This document shows positions 1 to 9,550 of a stretch of 51,465 bases of DNA, one piece after another. Position 1 is the stretch's first letter. The number at the start of each line of letters is the position of its first letter. The DNA is from a virus (taxonomy: Duplodnaviria; Heunggongvirae; Uroviricota; Caudoviricetes), in IMG/VR virus record IMGVR_UViG_2872152978_000009, one strand, 5' to 3'. Below the pieces are notes generated by a model. It worked only from the letters and a program-made list of their open reading frames with translations, was not told the origin of the DNA and ran no database searches. The position numbers and the translations under genes were made by a program.

Positions 1-1131
1 TCAAATGACCAGTTTTTTCCATTCCTTACCGCGTGCGTCGTTGTAAATATCGGTCATTTTTTGATTCGAATGGCCTAGCAAAATTTTGGTATCAACCCCC
101 TGCTCTCTGAACAATCGCTCTGATAAAGATCTCTGCTCATGGAAAGAGGGAGGGGTGCCATTAGCACGCCAGTTGTAATCCACAGAATCCCGGGCTTTTT
201 TAAATGCAACGGTTAATGTTGCTGGCTTAACCATCCCGCCGCGCTTAGCTGTCCCTTTCGCGTGATGGTGGTGCAATAGCCACGGACTAAGAACGCAATC
301 GCGGCAGGATGACACCACATCATCCAGGGTGAGATTTAATTTATCGCAACGCAGAGCCAGAGGGATGGCAATCCGGGTTCCTGTTTTTTGCTGTTCGACA
401 TGAAGATAACCATCCCGGATATCCGAAAATTGCATTTTGCAAATATCTGAAAGGCGCTGGCCTGTCATCAGTGCCAGCAGCATACCGCGCTGTAAAAAGT
501 AACCATCCTTTTCCGCTGCGTTATAAATCATCATCCACTCATCAAAAGTCAGTCGCTGTCTTGATATCCGCACCTGCGGTTTTTTTGCCGATTCTGCAGG
601 GTTAAAGCCTGGCGGGACATCGCCCGTTTGCTGAGCTTCCCGGAAAACATCGATCAGTACTTTCCTGAAAATTTGTCCCATTCTGTTATGTCCTCTGGCC
701 TTGTACTCTTCCAGTACTGATACCACATCTTTTACGGTTATGACATCTAACGGTCTGGTGCCAAAACGTTCATCAAATACCCTGAGAGGGGCCGCTTTCT
801 GTTTCAGCGTGTTGAGTTTGATCTCGCCGTTTTCATATCTTTCCTGTTGAATTTTTCTGTAATTATTCAGAAAAATGGTAATGGTTGATGAACCGCCGGT
901 ATCACTAATAATTTTCTCCTGCAGACTGAGCATTTGTTCCATTTGCTGCCGGGCAAGACGGCTGTTCGCTTCTGCTGCAATAGTTTCTGCCAGTTTCTGG
1001 TCAATACTGCCGAGACCGTGATTTTTGCCTGTTATGGGATGCCTGTAACGCCAGTAAACTTTGTTATTTCTTTTGTCAAAATACGGAGATAATCCCGGAA
1101 CATCGGTTTTATATTTTCGCGGGCGCGCCAT
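1..1131 (-). CDS. int: Phage tyrosine integrase
   Basis: 376-aa ORF whose stop codon is at the window edge; tyrosine-recombinase-like C-terminal half; its 5' end is overlapped by an excisionase-like ORF as in lambdoid int-xis modules. Confidence 0.85.
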   Translation of the reverse strand: MARPRKYKTDVPGLSPYFDKRNNKVYWRYRHPITGKNHGLGSIDQKLAETIAAEANSRLARQQMEQMLSLQEKIISDTGGSSTITIFLNNYRKIQQERYENGEIKLNTLKQKAAPLRVFDERFGTRPLDVITVKDVVSVLEEYKARGHNRMGQIFRKVLIDVFREAQQTGDVPPGFNPAESAKKPQVRISRQRLTFDEWMMIYNAAEKDGYFLQRGMLLALMTGQRLSDICKMQFSDIRDGYLHVEQQKTGTRIAIPLALRCDKLNLTLDDVVSSCRDCVLSPWLLHHHHAKGTAKRGGMVKPATLTVAFKKARDSVDYNWRANGTPPSFHEQRSLSERLFREQGVDTKILLGHSNQKMTDIYNDARGKEWKKLVI

Positions 1132-1357
1132 CTTCCAGTATCCTCTTCAAAGCAGGGTGATCTGTGGCGATCACCTCCGGCTTGTTTACCATTCCGACAA
1201 AGCGAGCTTGCGGATCCACTCGCCAGCGTCTTCCAACTTTTTTGGGGAGAGGAAATATCATTCCGGCTTTAGCGTATTTACTTAACGTACTCGGAGTTGG
1301 GACCGGTTCACTGAATTCCTCTTTTGCCCACTCAGTGAGCAGAATAAGTCTTGCCAT
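1109..1357 (-). CDS. xis: Excisionase-like small DNA-binding protein
   Basis: 82-aa basic ORF immediately upstream of and overlapping int; winged-helix-like segment IFPLPKKVGRRWRV. Confidence 0.65.
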   Translation of the reverse strand: MARLILLTEWAKEEFSEPVPTPSTLSKYAKAGMIFPLPKKVGRRWRVDPQARFVGMVNKPEVIATDHPALKRILEDGAPAKI

Positions 1358-1421
1358 GAGCGTCGTTCGCTAATCATGGTCGCCGCCACTATAGCTGGTG
1401 GGCAACGACCGGGGTTGAACA

Positions 1422-3896
1422 TTAAAAATCAGCCTGATTCGGGATCAGTTTTTGCCAGATAACTGAAACGTATTTTGCCTGGTAACGGGCGTCATCAAGT
1501 GCATTATGGCGCTCACCTTCGAATGGAATAGCCGTTCTGGCATCGAAGTCTATGGCTTTCCCCAGCTCAACGATTGTGCGTACATCGCGATCGTTGTAGT
1601 AACGCCACGGGCAGGGGATCCCCTGCCGTTCGTATGAACGGCGCAAAATCGTGTTGTCGAAGTTGGCTCCATTTCCCCAGACCTGAACAAAAAATTCACC
1701 GGAGTTTTCGTCGATAAATTCCCGCAATTGTAACAGTGCATCATCTAACGGGATTTCATCGGTCATAATGGCAGATTGCGCTTCGCGTGATTGCTTAAGC
1801 CACCATTTAATGGTGTCCCGATCAATGACCCCGCCAGCAGTTTCCAGATCGATAGTCTTACTAAATTCCGGTCCCATATCTCCGGTTTGCGGATCGAAAA
1901 ATATTGCACCTATTGAGATGATCGGGGCATCAGGATTTTTTCCCATGGTTTCAAGGTCGATCATTAGATGGTCACACGTCCTGCTGGTGGATGTGATTTC
2001 TTGATGACCGTTCACCTTAATTGAGTGATCTGCCGTCTCGCCAGTTTCATTATCGCTATCGTGATGCTGATTGCCGTCAGTGTTCTCCTTGTGTGGATGT
2101 TCAGCGCCTTCCATTTCCTCCGGATCATCTTCCTGAACTTCAACCTGATACTCTTCATCGAATGTTTCCTGGTATGTTGCGTCGCCCATCACCGCGCCAC
2201 AATCAGGGCAGTTGCCGCCGCCGGTCTGACCGCAGGCGGTGCAGACTTTTTCCACTTCCTGTTGCGCCACTGGTTCAGGCTGTTTCGTTTCTGGCTCGTT
2301 TTGTAACGCATTTGGGCTGTTTTGTTCCGCTTTCTGGCCGTTCTGTTCCGTTTCTTGCTGGTTCTGATTCACTGAATCGCGGGTTTCAATCCCCTTCACC
2401 CATTTCGGATCATTCGGGTCGCTAATCCCTGCAACAAATTCACCACGTGATACAGCAAGCAAATTATTGGCGTCAGGCTGGCTGATATTGGCTGCCTGCA
2501 TAATTTTGTTTACTTCGTCAGCGGTAACTTTTACCGGCTCTGGTTGTGCGATCGTGTCAGATGCACCAGTATTTTGTTGTGAACCTGAGTACGTGCCGTT
2601 TTTACGTGCGAAGTATTCCTCTTTTGTGATTTCCGTAGCTCCCAGGGCCAGTGCTTTTTCCAGACCAGAAAGTTTGTTTGCGCGACCGTATTTTTCGCCG
2701 TCCTTATCGGTGAAAAGGAAGTAGAACGGTCCCTCACGCTCTACAGATGGTTCGTCTTCCACTTCGCATTCGGTTTTTTCGTTGTCCGGCATTGCCGTTT
2801 CCACTGCATCAGTTTCTGGTACTGGTGACGGGAGAGTACCAGCTGTGCCCTGATTTGTTCCTTCGTCATCTTCAAACACGCCCTTGGTAGTCAGGTATTC
2901 AGTGATGTATTTGTTCAGTGCTACGGGATCTTTGTGAATGTCGATCGGACGCTCACGGACAAGGCCAAAAATAGTCTGACGGTCGTAGCGAACGGCATCG
3001 GGTTGTTTGCGCATTGATGCGGAAATGCGCTTCCAGTCTTCGCGATCTTTGTCGATAACTTCATTTTTTGCCCAGCGATGGATGCTGCCGTCAATGTTTC
3101 CGGTATCAATATCGCCAGGCCAGAGAGCGTAGGCCAGTTCTTCATCCAGCGTTTTCCATGTCTGCTTGTATTCGCGACAAATGGCGGCAGTGACTGGGTT
3201 GATTTTTCCTGCTGAGTTTTCAGTGTTCTGTTGATTGACTCTGGCGCTGGCGAGATCAACAACAGACGTGTATTTTCCAGTCTCTTTGCGCTCTGCGTCC
3301 TGCCGTTTTTTCCAGTTACGTAATTCAGCCTGAATTTCGGGCCATTTGGCACCCGGATTACATTTGTGTTTAACCCATCCGATAGCGAACAGTTTGCGTT
3401 CCGGATACATAGCGTTAATTTCAGGCGTTTTCATCAGTGCTTCAACGATATGCCCGTCAAAGGTAGCAACGTCTTCCTGCAGTAATTCCTGCGCGTCAAT
3501 CGCCATATCAACGGTGATGTTTTCACATGTACCGAACTTAACCAGGACCGCGTTCTGTACTTCAAGGGACAGCTTGTCAAAATTGACGTTCATCGGATCG
3601 GATTCTGGTTCGACTGGAATAAAGGAAGCGGATTCCTCATCCCAGCGGTTTTCCTGCATATATTCAGCATCCCAGGAATCGAGGGCAGGGCGGGGTATAC
3701 CGGGTTTATCCTCGCAGACAAGAAATTTATAAGCGCAGTCCTGAGCAGCCGGATAATGTTCCAGGAATTGCCAGTGAAATTTTGCGCGGGCGCGACGTTC
3801 ATCACCGGCTTCAATGGCAGTGGCTACAGCGACGGCACCTTCTTCCTTTATTGCCTGTTCGTCCGGAATGGCGGCGCAAATAAAGACTTTACTCAT
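1422..3896 (-). CDS. Large prophage exonuclease, RecE-like architecture with C-terminal DnaQ/DEDDh-type 3'-5' exonuclease domain
   Basis: 824-aa ORF; acidic low-complexity centre, Cys4 motif CTACGQTGGGNCPDCG, C-terminal DLETMG...ALDDA exonuclease-type motifs; no partner annealase ORF adjacent. Confidence 0.75.
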   Translation of the reverse strand: MSKVFICAAIPDEQAIKEEGAVAVATAIEAGDERRARAKFHWQFLEHYPAAQDCAYKFLVCEDKPGIPRPALDSWDAEYMQENRWDEESASFIPVEPESDPMNVNFDKLSLEVQNAVLVKFGTCENITVDMAIDAQELLQEDVATFDGHIVEALMKTPEINAMYPERKLFAIGWVKHKCNPGAKWPEIQAELRNWKKRQDAERKETGKYTSVVDLASARVNQQNTENSAGKINPVTAAICREYKQTWKTLDEELAYALWPGDIDTGNIDGSIHRWAKNEVIDKDREDWKRISASMRKQPDAVRYDRQTIFGLVRERPIDIHKDPVALNKYITEYLTTKGVFEDDEGTNQGTAGTLPSPVPETDAVETAMPDNEKTECEVEDEPSVEREGPFYFLFTDKDGEKYGRANKLSGLEKALALGATEITKEEYFARKNGTYSGSQQNTGASDTIAQPEPVKVTADEVNKIMQAANISQPDANNLLAVSRGEFVAGISDPNDPKWVKGIETRDSVNQNQQETEQNGQKAEQNSPNALQNEPETKQPEPVAQQEVEKVCTACGQTGGGNCPDCGAVMGDATYQETFDEEYQVEVQEDDPEEMEGAEHPHKENTDGNQHHDSDNETGETADHSIKVNGHQEITSTSRTCDHLMIDLETMGKNPDAPIISIGAIFFDPQTGDMGPEFSKTIDLETAGGVIDRDTIKWWLKQSREAQSAIMTDEIPLDDALLQLREFIDENSGEFFVQVWGNGANFDNTILRRSYERQGIPCPWRYYNDRDVRTIVELGKAIDFDARTAIPFEGERHNALDDARYQAKYVSVIWQKLIPNQADF

Positions 3897-3991
3897 TTTG
3901 TTTTAACCTCATTACAGATTTCAGGGTGAACGAATCCCTGCCATTGCTGGCATTTTTAATCCGTTGGTATGGCGTTAATATGGCTGGCGGG

Positions 3992-4180
3992 TTATCCAGC
4001 CGGTATTTCGTTATTCAGGTTCAGCGATACTTTTTTTAACGGGAGGCATTCACCGGGGATTTTTTGTTCGTCCCTTACCTGAATGCAGGATGACTTACTG
4101 TCATAAATTCCGGTAATCACATTTTGTGGCTCACCCGTTATAAGAAAAACGGTCATCACCAGTGCAAATGCTGAAGTCAC
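3992..4180 (-). CDS. Hypothetical small protein with hydrophobic N-terminus
   Basis: 62-aa ORF with GTG start overlapping the stop of the upstream ORF (GTGA); N-terminal MTSAFALVMTVFLITG is signal/TM-like. Confidence 0.35.
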   Translation of the reverse strand: MTSAFALVMTVFLITGEPQNVITGIYDSKSSCIQVRDEQKIPGECLPLKKVSLNLNNEIPAG

Positions 4181-4365
4181 TGCTGTTCTCCGATAATACC
4201 AAGTTCAAGAAGGGCAATTCTGGAAAGTATGGAATTATCATTGAGAAGATAAGGTTCATATTTTCTCATCTTAATGGCATCTTCCGTAAACTCCCGGTTA
4301 CTGAGCAGAACACCAATATCAAAACAACCTTCAGACGTATTAACGTTTGGTAATAACGTTTCCAT
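4177..4365 (-). CDS. Hypothetical small protein
   Basis: ATG at 4365 preceded by GAGGA ribosome-binding site on the minus strand; 62 aa; the track ORF extends to 4470 from an alternative start. Confidence 0.4.
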   Translation of the reverse strand: METLLPNVNTSEGCFDIGVLLSNREFTEDAIKMRKYEPYLLNDNSILSRIALLELGIIGEQQ

Positions 4366-4897
4366 TATCGCGTCCTCAACAATGAATTTTGTGATGCGGT
4401 GCCTGGTGCCTCCAGGTGACGTTAACCAGTTAACAATTAACGCCGGATACAGAGAATCCACCCATAACACTGTTTTTGGTTTTAACTGTTCCGCGTGCGC
4501 TCAGCCGCATTCACCACATCACAAAATTCACTTTAAAAAGGGCGGCAGAGCAGTCACGGAGTAAAACTGATACCGCCAAACGTCACCAGAAAATTGATAA
4601 CAGAGGGCGTTGCAGCGGGGTTGTCACTTAAGCGTATGGTCAACCTGACAACCCGGTGTCCTCAGCGGGGGAAGGAATAACCCCGCCATACTTACCGCCG
4701 CGCCATTTCGCGGATTGCCACAACCGGAAGCGCACGATCGAATTAAATTTAACGACGACCTATACAGAGAGACTAACTTCTCCGGGCGCTTTCGTGTTAT
4801 GCCCTGACTTTTCAGGGATATATCCTTTTCAGTAAACTGTCAGTGCCGGATTCTTATCCGTGTCCGGCGCACGCACTCTACCTCACCTGTGAATAAA

Positions 4898-5284
4898 TTA
4901 ATGATTAATTGATATTTTGTTGTTTGATTCAACTTTCCCATCGGATGTGTGATGCTTTAAATCACAGGAATTAATACTGCTTGCTGTAAAATGATTTTCA
5001 AGGGGTTCTATTCGAATCCCTTTCTTTTTCATTAACAAGCCAAACCCCTTATCAATGATGTCCATTAGATCCAGGAAGTATTTTTCATGTAAATCCTGGT
5101 TATCAGAGAGCTGCTTCTCTTCGTACAGCCCGATAAAGGCTCGGCGTACGTTACCGGATATATTGTCGATGGTTTCTTTTTCTACGGTACTCAGGTCAAG
5201 AGTCGCCAGTTGAGAGCGAACCACATTCGATGCCATTTCCTGGAATGGTACTGGTAAATCTTTAAATTCCATCGTCAACCTCAT
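4898..5284 (-). CDS. Hypothetical protein co-oriented with the repressor gene
   Basis: 128-aa ORF; internal ATG at 5272 has a better GAGG ribosome-binding site; no recognisable family. Confidence 0.5.
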   Translation of the reverse strand: MRLTMEFKDLPVPFQEMASNVVRSQLATLDLSTVEKETIDNISGNVRRAFIGLYEEKQLSDNQDLHEKYFLDLMDIIDKGFGLLMKKKGIRIEPLENHFTASSINSCDLKHHTSDGKVESNNKISINH

Positions 5285-5624
5285 CAGTCGGAGTTTCTTG
5301 CTAACCAGCGACGCGCGCCAGCTTCGGTTTTAAACGTTTTGCTTTTGGTATACGTCATGGCGGTGAATGTGCCGTCCTGGTTGGGGAGCACACCACATAC
5401 CAGAGATTCGCTGTTGCCAAGATCGATAGTATCCATGCTGACCTCATTACCCTTAACGCCGGGTAGCGGAACTGTTTGCTGAGAACACCGTGCGGTGTCT
5501 TGATGGGTGGTAATTTAGTTTTCCCATGAATATTGGTCAAGCATTTTTAATGAGAAAACTCAATATTTAATGCAAAATAAAGCCAATACATTGAAATGTA
5601 AGGCTTTAAAATTTGTGAAGGGGG

Positions 5625-6032
5625 TTACTGATGTTTGTTACGTTTGCGAGCTTCTAGTAGCTCGGTGAATAGGCGATTAAAATTCTCAACGCGGGCACGG
5701 AGTTCGCTGATTTGTGCTTGCTGCTCTGATTTTGGAAGTGCGCGATACAATCGCAACATCTCCAACTCATCTTCCGATAAGTCTAAGGCGCTGTTGAGTG
5801 CTACTGGTGGATCTGGTGTTTTATCCTCGTCACCAAACAGTATCCAAGTTGGTGAACATTGCAATACCTCAGCCAGGCGATGCAAATTTTGCCCGCGCGG
5901 GGCTGTATGGTCGCTTTCCCATAGTGAAATTGATGAGCCAGATACGCCAGCGGCTTTGCTTAAATCGTTTTGACTTAAACCAACCTGTTTGCGTCTTTCT
6001 CTAATTCGTTGACCTAAAGTTTTCTCGTTCAT
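5625..6032 (-). CDS. dicA: DicA-like HTH (XRE-family) prophage repressor
   Basis: 135 aa; N-terminal HTH GQRIRERRKQVGLSQNDLSKAAGVSGSSISLWE and the LQCSPTWILFGDEDK segment recalled from E. coli DicA; divergent from a Cro-like gene. Confidence 0.85.
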   Translation of the reverse strand: MNEKTLGQRIRERRKQVGLSQNDLSKAAGVSGSSISLWESDHTAPRGQNLHRLAEVLQCSPTWILFGDEDKTPDPPVALNSALDLSEDELEMLRLYRALPKSEQQAQISELRARVENFNRLFTELLEARKRNKHQ

Positions 6033-6109
6033 ATTTAGATATCTTAATAACCCTTGACTCGAGATTCCTTGAATGATTGCTATTGAGAAAACTCAACTTT
6101 GGAGGGGTG
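6033..6109. promoter_or_regulatory. Divergent promoter/operator region of the immunity switch
   Basis: 77-bp intergenic spacer between divergent repressor and Cro-like genes; contains near-palindrome ATTTAGATATCTTAAT. Confidence 0.45.
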
Positions 6110-6337
6110 ATGTTTAAATCAGACGTAATTAATTTTTATGGGACGAAAGCCAAAGTAGCGAAAGCTGCTGGTGTTGATCCATCTGCTGTTTCTCAATGGG
6201 GGGAACTGGTTCCTGAAGGTCGCGCGATGCGCCTGCAAGAGGCATCCGGCGGGGAACTTCAGTACGACCCCAAAGTTTATGACGAATATCGTAAGGCAAA
6301 GCGGGCGGGGCGGTTGAACAATGAAAATCACCCCTGA
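6110..6337 (+). CDS. dicC: DicC/Cro-like small HTH regulator
   Basis: 75-aa ORF with GGAGGGG ribosome-binding site; HTH AKVAKAAGVDPSAVSQW; divergent from repressor. Confidence 0.75.
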   Translation: MFKSDVINFYGTKAKVAKAAGVDPSAVSQWGELVPEGRAMRLQEASGGELQYDPKVYDEYRKAKRAGRLNNENHP

Positions 6338-6872
6338 ACAGGTTTGTGAGGCTCTGGATGCCTGGGTATGTCGACCAGGAATGACACAGGAGCAAGCGAC
6401 GATATTAATCACGGAAGCATTCTGGGCTCTGAAAGAACGCCCGAACATCGATGTTCAACGCGTCACGTTTAATGATGGCGAGGTTGATCAACGGGCGCTG
6501 GGCGTTAACCGGGTGAAGATATTCGAACGCTGGAAAGCTATCGACACCAGGGATAAGCGGAAAAAATTCACGGCGCTGATTCCGGCAATTATGGAGGCTA
6601 TCCGAATTAGTGATTTCAGGTTGTATCGTGAGATCAGTGATGGAAAAAGCATTACGTACATGATCGCCGGATTAAACAAAGAATATGGCGATGTGGTGGA
6701 GTCCGGGCTGCTTTTTGCGGATCCAGCTGTTGTGGAACGTGAGACTGACGAGCTTATAGAAAAAGCTATTGCTTTCAAGCATGCGTATCGTCAGCAATAT
6801 CAATATTACTTTGCAGATAAACAAATGTCTGCCAGGGGTTTGTATGAGTATCGATGCACTACGATGGGCTAA
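6321..6872 (+). CDS. Hypothetical early-region protein (CII position, possibly YdaT-like)
   Basis: 183-aa ORF overlapping the Cro-like stop; position between Cro-like and replication genes. Confidence 0.5.
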   Translation: MKITPEQVCEALDAWVCRPGMTQEQATILITEAFWALKERPNIDVQRVTFNDGEVDQRALGVNRVKIFERWKAIDTRDKRKKFTALIPAIMEAIRISDFRLYREISDGKSITYMIAGLNKEYGDVVESGLLFADPAVVERETDELIEKAIAFKHAYRQQYQYYFADKQMSARGLYEYRCTTMG

Positions 6873-7884
6873 AAAGGTGAAAACCGGCAGTTCATCCAGT
6901 AAGTCTGTATTGACCTGGCTTGCTGATATGTGCGGTGCCGATTTGTGTGCATACCCGTCTGTATCTGCACTGGCAGAAGTAACGGAACTAAACAAAAAGA
7001 CTGTGCAGGACAGCTTACGACACCTGATGGAGATTGGGTTAATTGTTGATACCGGTGAGAGAAAAGGCAGAACAAAGCAAATTGTGGTGTACCGACTTAT
7101 CGGTGTAGAAGAAAGTGTTGCCGAGCCTGAATACACCCAAAAACGGGAGTCTTTAAAGGTGGGTAAAATTGGTGCTGTTAATAAAAACAGTACCGAAAAT
7201 GGTTATGTTTCAGCACAAAACAGACCCAAAAACGGAACTCTTAGCTGCATGGAAAATAACCAAAGACACCCAAATTTTCCATCAAAGACACCCAAAAACG
7301 GATCACGGAACCCAAAGGAACCCAAAGATCTAAACCCCACACATAACGCACGCGAGAGTGCTCCGACCAGTGAGCAGGAAGTTTTGTCGTTACAGGCAGC
7401 ACCCCTTGTATTCCTGGATGGCCTGAGCGAACCCATCGGAAAATTTCCGATGACCGATAGCTGGTATCCGTCACGGGATTTTCGACGACGGGCTGCGTTG
7501 TGGGGGATGGCTTTGCCGGAGACAGAATTTACACCTGCTGAACTTGCCGCCTTCCGGGACTACTGGGCAGCGGAGGGGAAAGTGTTTACGCAGATTCAGT
7601 GGGAGCAGAAATTCGCCCGTCACGTAAATCACGTCAGGGCGCAGGTTAAACCAGTCAGCAAGGGGGTAAACCATGCAGCAGCACCAGGTGGCACCGCATC
7701 ACGGGCAGTTCAGGAAATTCGGGCAGCACGTGAGCAGTGGGAACGTGAAAACGGATTTATCAGCGACGGAAACGGTCTGGAAGCTGTGGGAACTCATGGG
7801 GGAGGTTTATTCGAACCGCTGGACCCAGAAGAACGGGGCCGCACCTTCGAAGCTCTGGATTGCACAGATTGGCGCGATGACTGA
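6844..7884 (+). CDS. Replication initiation protein (O-like; N-terminal winged helix, C-terminal DnaT-like domain)
   Basis: ATG at 6844 overlapping the upstream stop; N-terminal DNA-binding-like region, C-terminal region resembling primosomal DnaT-type domains; followed by a P-like gene. Confidence 0.7.
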   Translation: MSIDALRWAKKVKTGSSSSKSVLTWLADMCGADLCAYPSVSALAEVTELNKKTVQDSLRHLMEIGLIVDTGERKGRTKQIVVYRLIGVEESVAEPEYTQKRESLKVGKIGAVNKNSTENGYVSAQNRPKNGTLSCMENNQRHPNFPSKTPKNGSRNPKEPKDLNPTHNARESAPTSEQEVLSLQAAPLVFLDGLSEPIGKFPMTDSWYPSRDFRRRAALWGMALPETEFTPAELAAFRDYWAAEGKVFTQIQWEQKFARHVNHVRAQVKPVSKGVNHAAAPGGTASRAVQEIRAAREQWERENGFISDGNGLEAVGTHGGGLFEPLDPEERGRTFEALDCTDWRDD

Positions 7885-8338
7885 GCAGCAAATCCGACAG
7901 GTCTGCCGCCAGTGCATGGACCGCTGCCGGGCGGGTGAAACATGGCCTCCGGACCTGGCTGAGTTTGTGGCGCTGATTTCAGAAAGCGGGGCCAATCCAT
8001 TTGGCCTGACGGTGGATGCTGTGATGGAGGAGTACCGCCGCTGGCGTGATGAGTCCTGGCGATATGACGGAAGCGACAAATATCCGTGGCCTCAGCCTGT
8101 GCTGTACCACATCTGCCTCGAAATGCGTACCAGAGGGATTGAGCGCCAGATGACGCAGGGTGAGTTAAAACGACTTGCGGAACGGCAACTGACGAAATGG
8201 GCAAAGCATGTTGGTAACGGGATGAGTGTTCCGCCAGTGCGACGACAACTGGAAGGGGCGAAACACCCGCAAGGGCCAACGCCAATTGAACGGCTGAAAC
8301 AGGAATACGAACGCCGGAAGGCAGCTGGTTTTATTTGA
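7796..8338 (+). CDS. Replication protein P-like (helicase loader)
   Basis: Collinear similarity to lambda P as recalled (YPW...L motif region, C-terminal basic tail); start uncertain, frame is open from 7673. Confidence 0.6.
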   Translation: MGEVYSNRWTQKNGAAPSKLWIAQIGAMTEQQIRQVCRQCMDRCRAGETWPPDLAEFVALISESGANPFGLTVDAVMEEYRRWRDESWRYDGSDKYPWPQPVLYHICLEMRTRGIERQMTQGELKRLAERQLTKWAKHVGNGMSVPPVRRQLEGAKHPQGPTPIERLKQEYERRKAAGFI

Positions 8339-8353
8339 ATCTGAGAAACGATT

Positions 8354-9142
8354 TTGTCGGAGGAAATTTTAATGGAAACCGTATTTGACGCACTGAAAGC
8401 AATGGGAAAAGCCACATCGGTAGAACTGGCCGCGCGACTTGATATCAGTCGTGAAGAGGTTCTCAACGAGCTGTGGGAACTCAAAAGAAATGGCGTCGTT
8501 GATAAAACTGGTCACACCTGGTTTCTGGCTGGCGAAGGTGAATCCCGGGTAACCGAAGAGCGGCCAGTAAAATCTGAAGCACAGGATATGCTGACCGGGG
8601 AGGTCGAACAAAAAGTTACCGCAGACATGATGATTGAGTTTATCGGTCAGGATGGTGCTAAAACGTGTGAGGAACTGGCGGGTAAGTTCGGCGTCAGTAC
8701 TCGCAAGGTTGCCTCCACGCTGGCGGTGGTAACCGCAACGGGGCGGCTGGCACGCGTTAATCAGAACGGTAAATTTCGTTACTGCATGCCGGGCGATAAT
8801 TTACCAGCAGAGCCGAAAGCCGCGCTGGTAACGGAAAGTGATGGTAAGGCCTTTCCTCAGCCAGCAGGTGCTGCGTTACCAGTCCGGGAAGCCGCAACAC
8901 AGGAAGAAATTAAAACAGAAACTGTGGCGGACATTGTGCAGCCGTTGCCATCGTTTACCGAAACGCAAGCAGATGAGCTGATTTTTCCGTCCCTTCGCAG
9001 GGCAAACCTGGCGCTGCGCAGGGCGAAAAGTGATGTTCAGAAGTGGGAGCGAGTCTGCGCCGCGCTGCGGGAGCTGAACAAGCACCGGGATATTGTTCGA
9101 CAGATTACTGATTCTTCCCGCCGTGTTGTATCGGAAAAGTGA
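8354..9142 (+). CDS. Hypothetical prophage protein (DUF1627-like, winged helix N-terminus)
   Basis: 262-aa ORF; N-terminal wHTH-like segment [30 protein letters not shown]. Confidence 0.6.
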   Translation: MSEEILMETVFDALKAMGKATSVELAARLDISREEVLNELWELKRNGVVDKTGHTWFLAGEGESRVTEERPVKSEAQDMLTGEVEQKVTADMMIEFIGQDGAKTCEELAGKFGVSTRKVASTLAVVTATGRLARVNQNGKFRYCMPGDNLPAEPKAALVTESDGKAFPQPAGAALPVREAATQEEIKTETVADIVQPLPSFTETQADELIFPSLRRANLALRRAKSDVQKWERVCAALRELNKHRDIVRQITDSSRRVVSEK

Positions 9143-9550
9143 TTGCCGGAGGCGCTTATGGCAAAAGTATTTACACCAGAAGAGCGGGAAGAAGTGAAGG
9201 CGCGCATTGTGGAATTCGTGCGCCTGAGCGGACGAGAAACTTTTCGACAACTGGCAGATAAAACGGGTGTCAGTAAGACCGCTATTCGTCGTTTATCTGG
9301 TGCGCTTGCGGCCAGTGGTGATGTCTGGCTCTCTGGTTGCGGGGTATTTCCATCAGAGCAGGCGTATCGCGTATGGCGTAAGACACCGGAGAAGGCTGCT
9401 GACCCGACACTGATTCGAAAGTTACCTGACGGAGAAATACGTCGTTACAACAGACGGCAGAACATAATTTGTCGTGAGTGCCGCCAGAGCGAAGTTATGC
9501 AGCGTGTGCTGGCGTTCTATCGGGGAAACTTTCAGGAGGTGATGGAGTGA
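9143..9550 (+). CDS. Hypothetical protein with putative HTH
   Basis: 135-aa ORF directly following the previous stop; segment RQLADKTGVSKTAIRRL. Confidence 0.5.
   Translation: MPEALMAKVFTPEEREEVKARIVEFVRLSGRETFRQLADKTGVSKTAIRRLSGALAASGDVWLSGCGVFPSEQAYRVWRKTPEKAADPTLIRKLPDGEIRRYNRRQNIICRECRQSEVMQRVLAFYRGNFQEVME

Noticed and set aside
4162-4564. Plus-strand ORFs 4162-4353 and 4274-4564
   Set aside because: They overlap better-supported minus-strand ORFs, lack ribosome-binding sites and have low-complexity composition.
5286-5358. A 24-aa minus-strand ORF (MTYTKSKTFKTEAGARRWLARNSD) as a possible N-like antiterminator peptide
   Set aside because: It is too short, lacks a convincing arginine-rich motif and has no identifiable nut-like box sequences; probably non-coding.
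7673-7795. Upstream start at 7673 for the P-like replication gene
   Set aside because: It would overlap the O-like gene by more than 200 bp. An internal ATG at 7796 with a GGGA ribosome-binding site is more plausible, though the true start remains uncertain.
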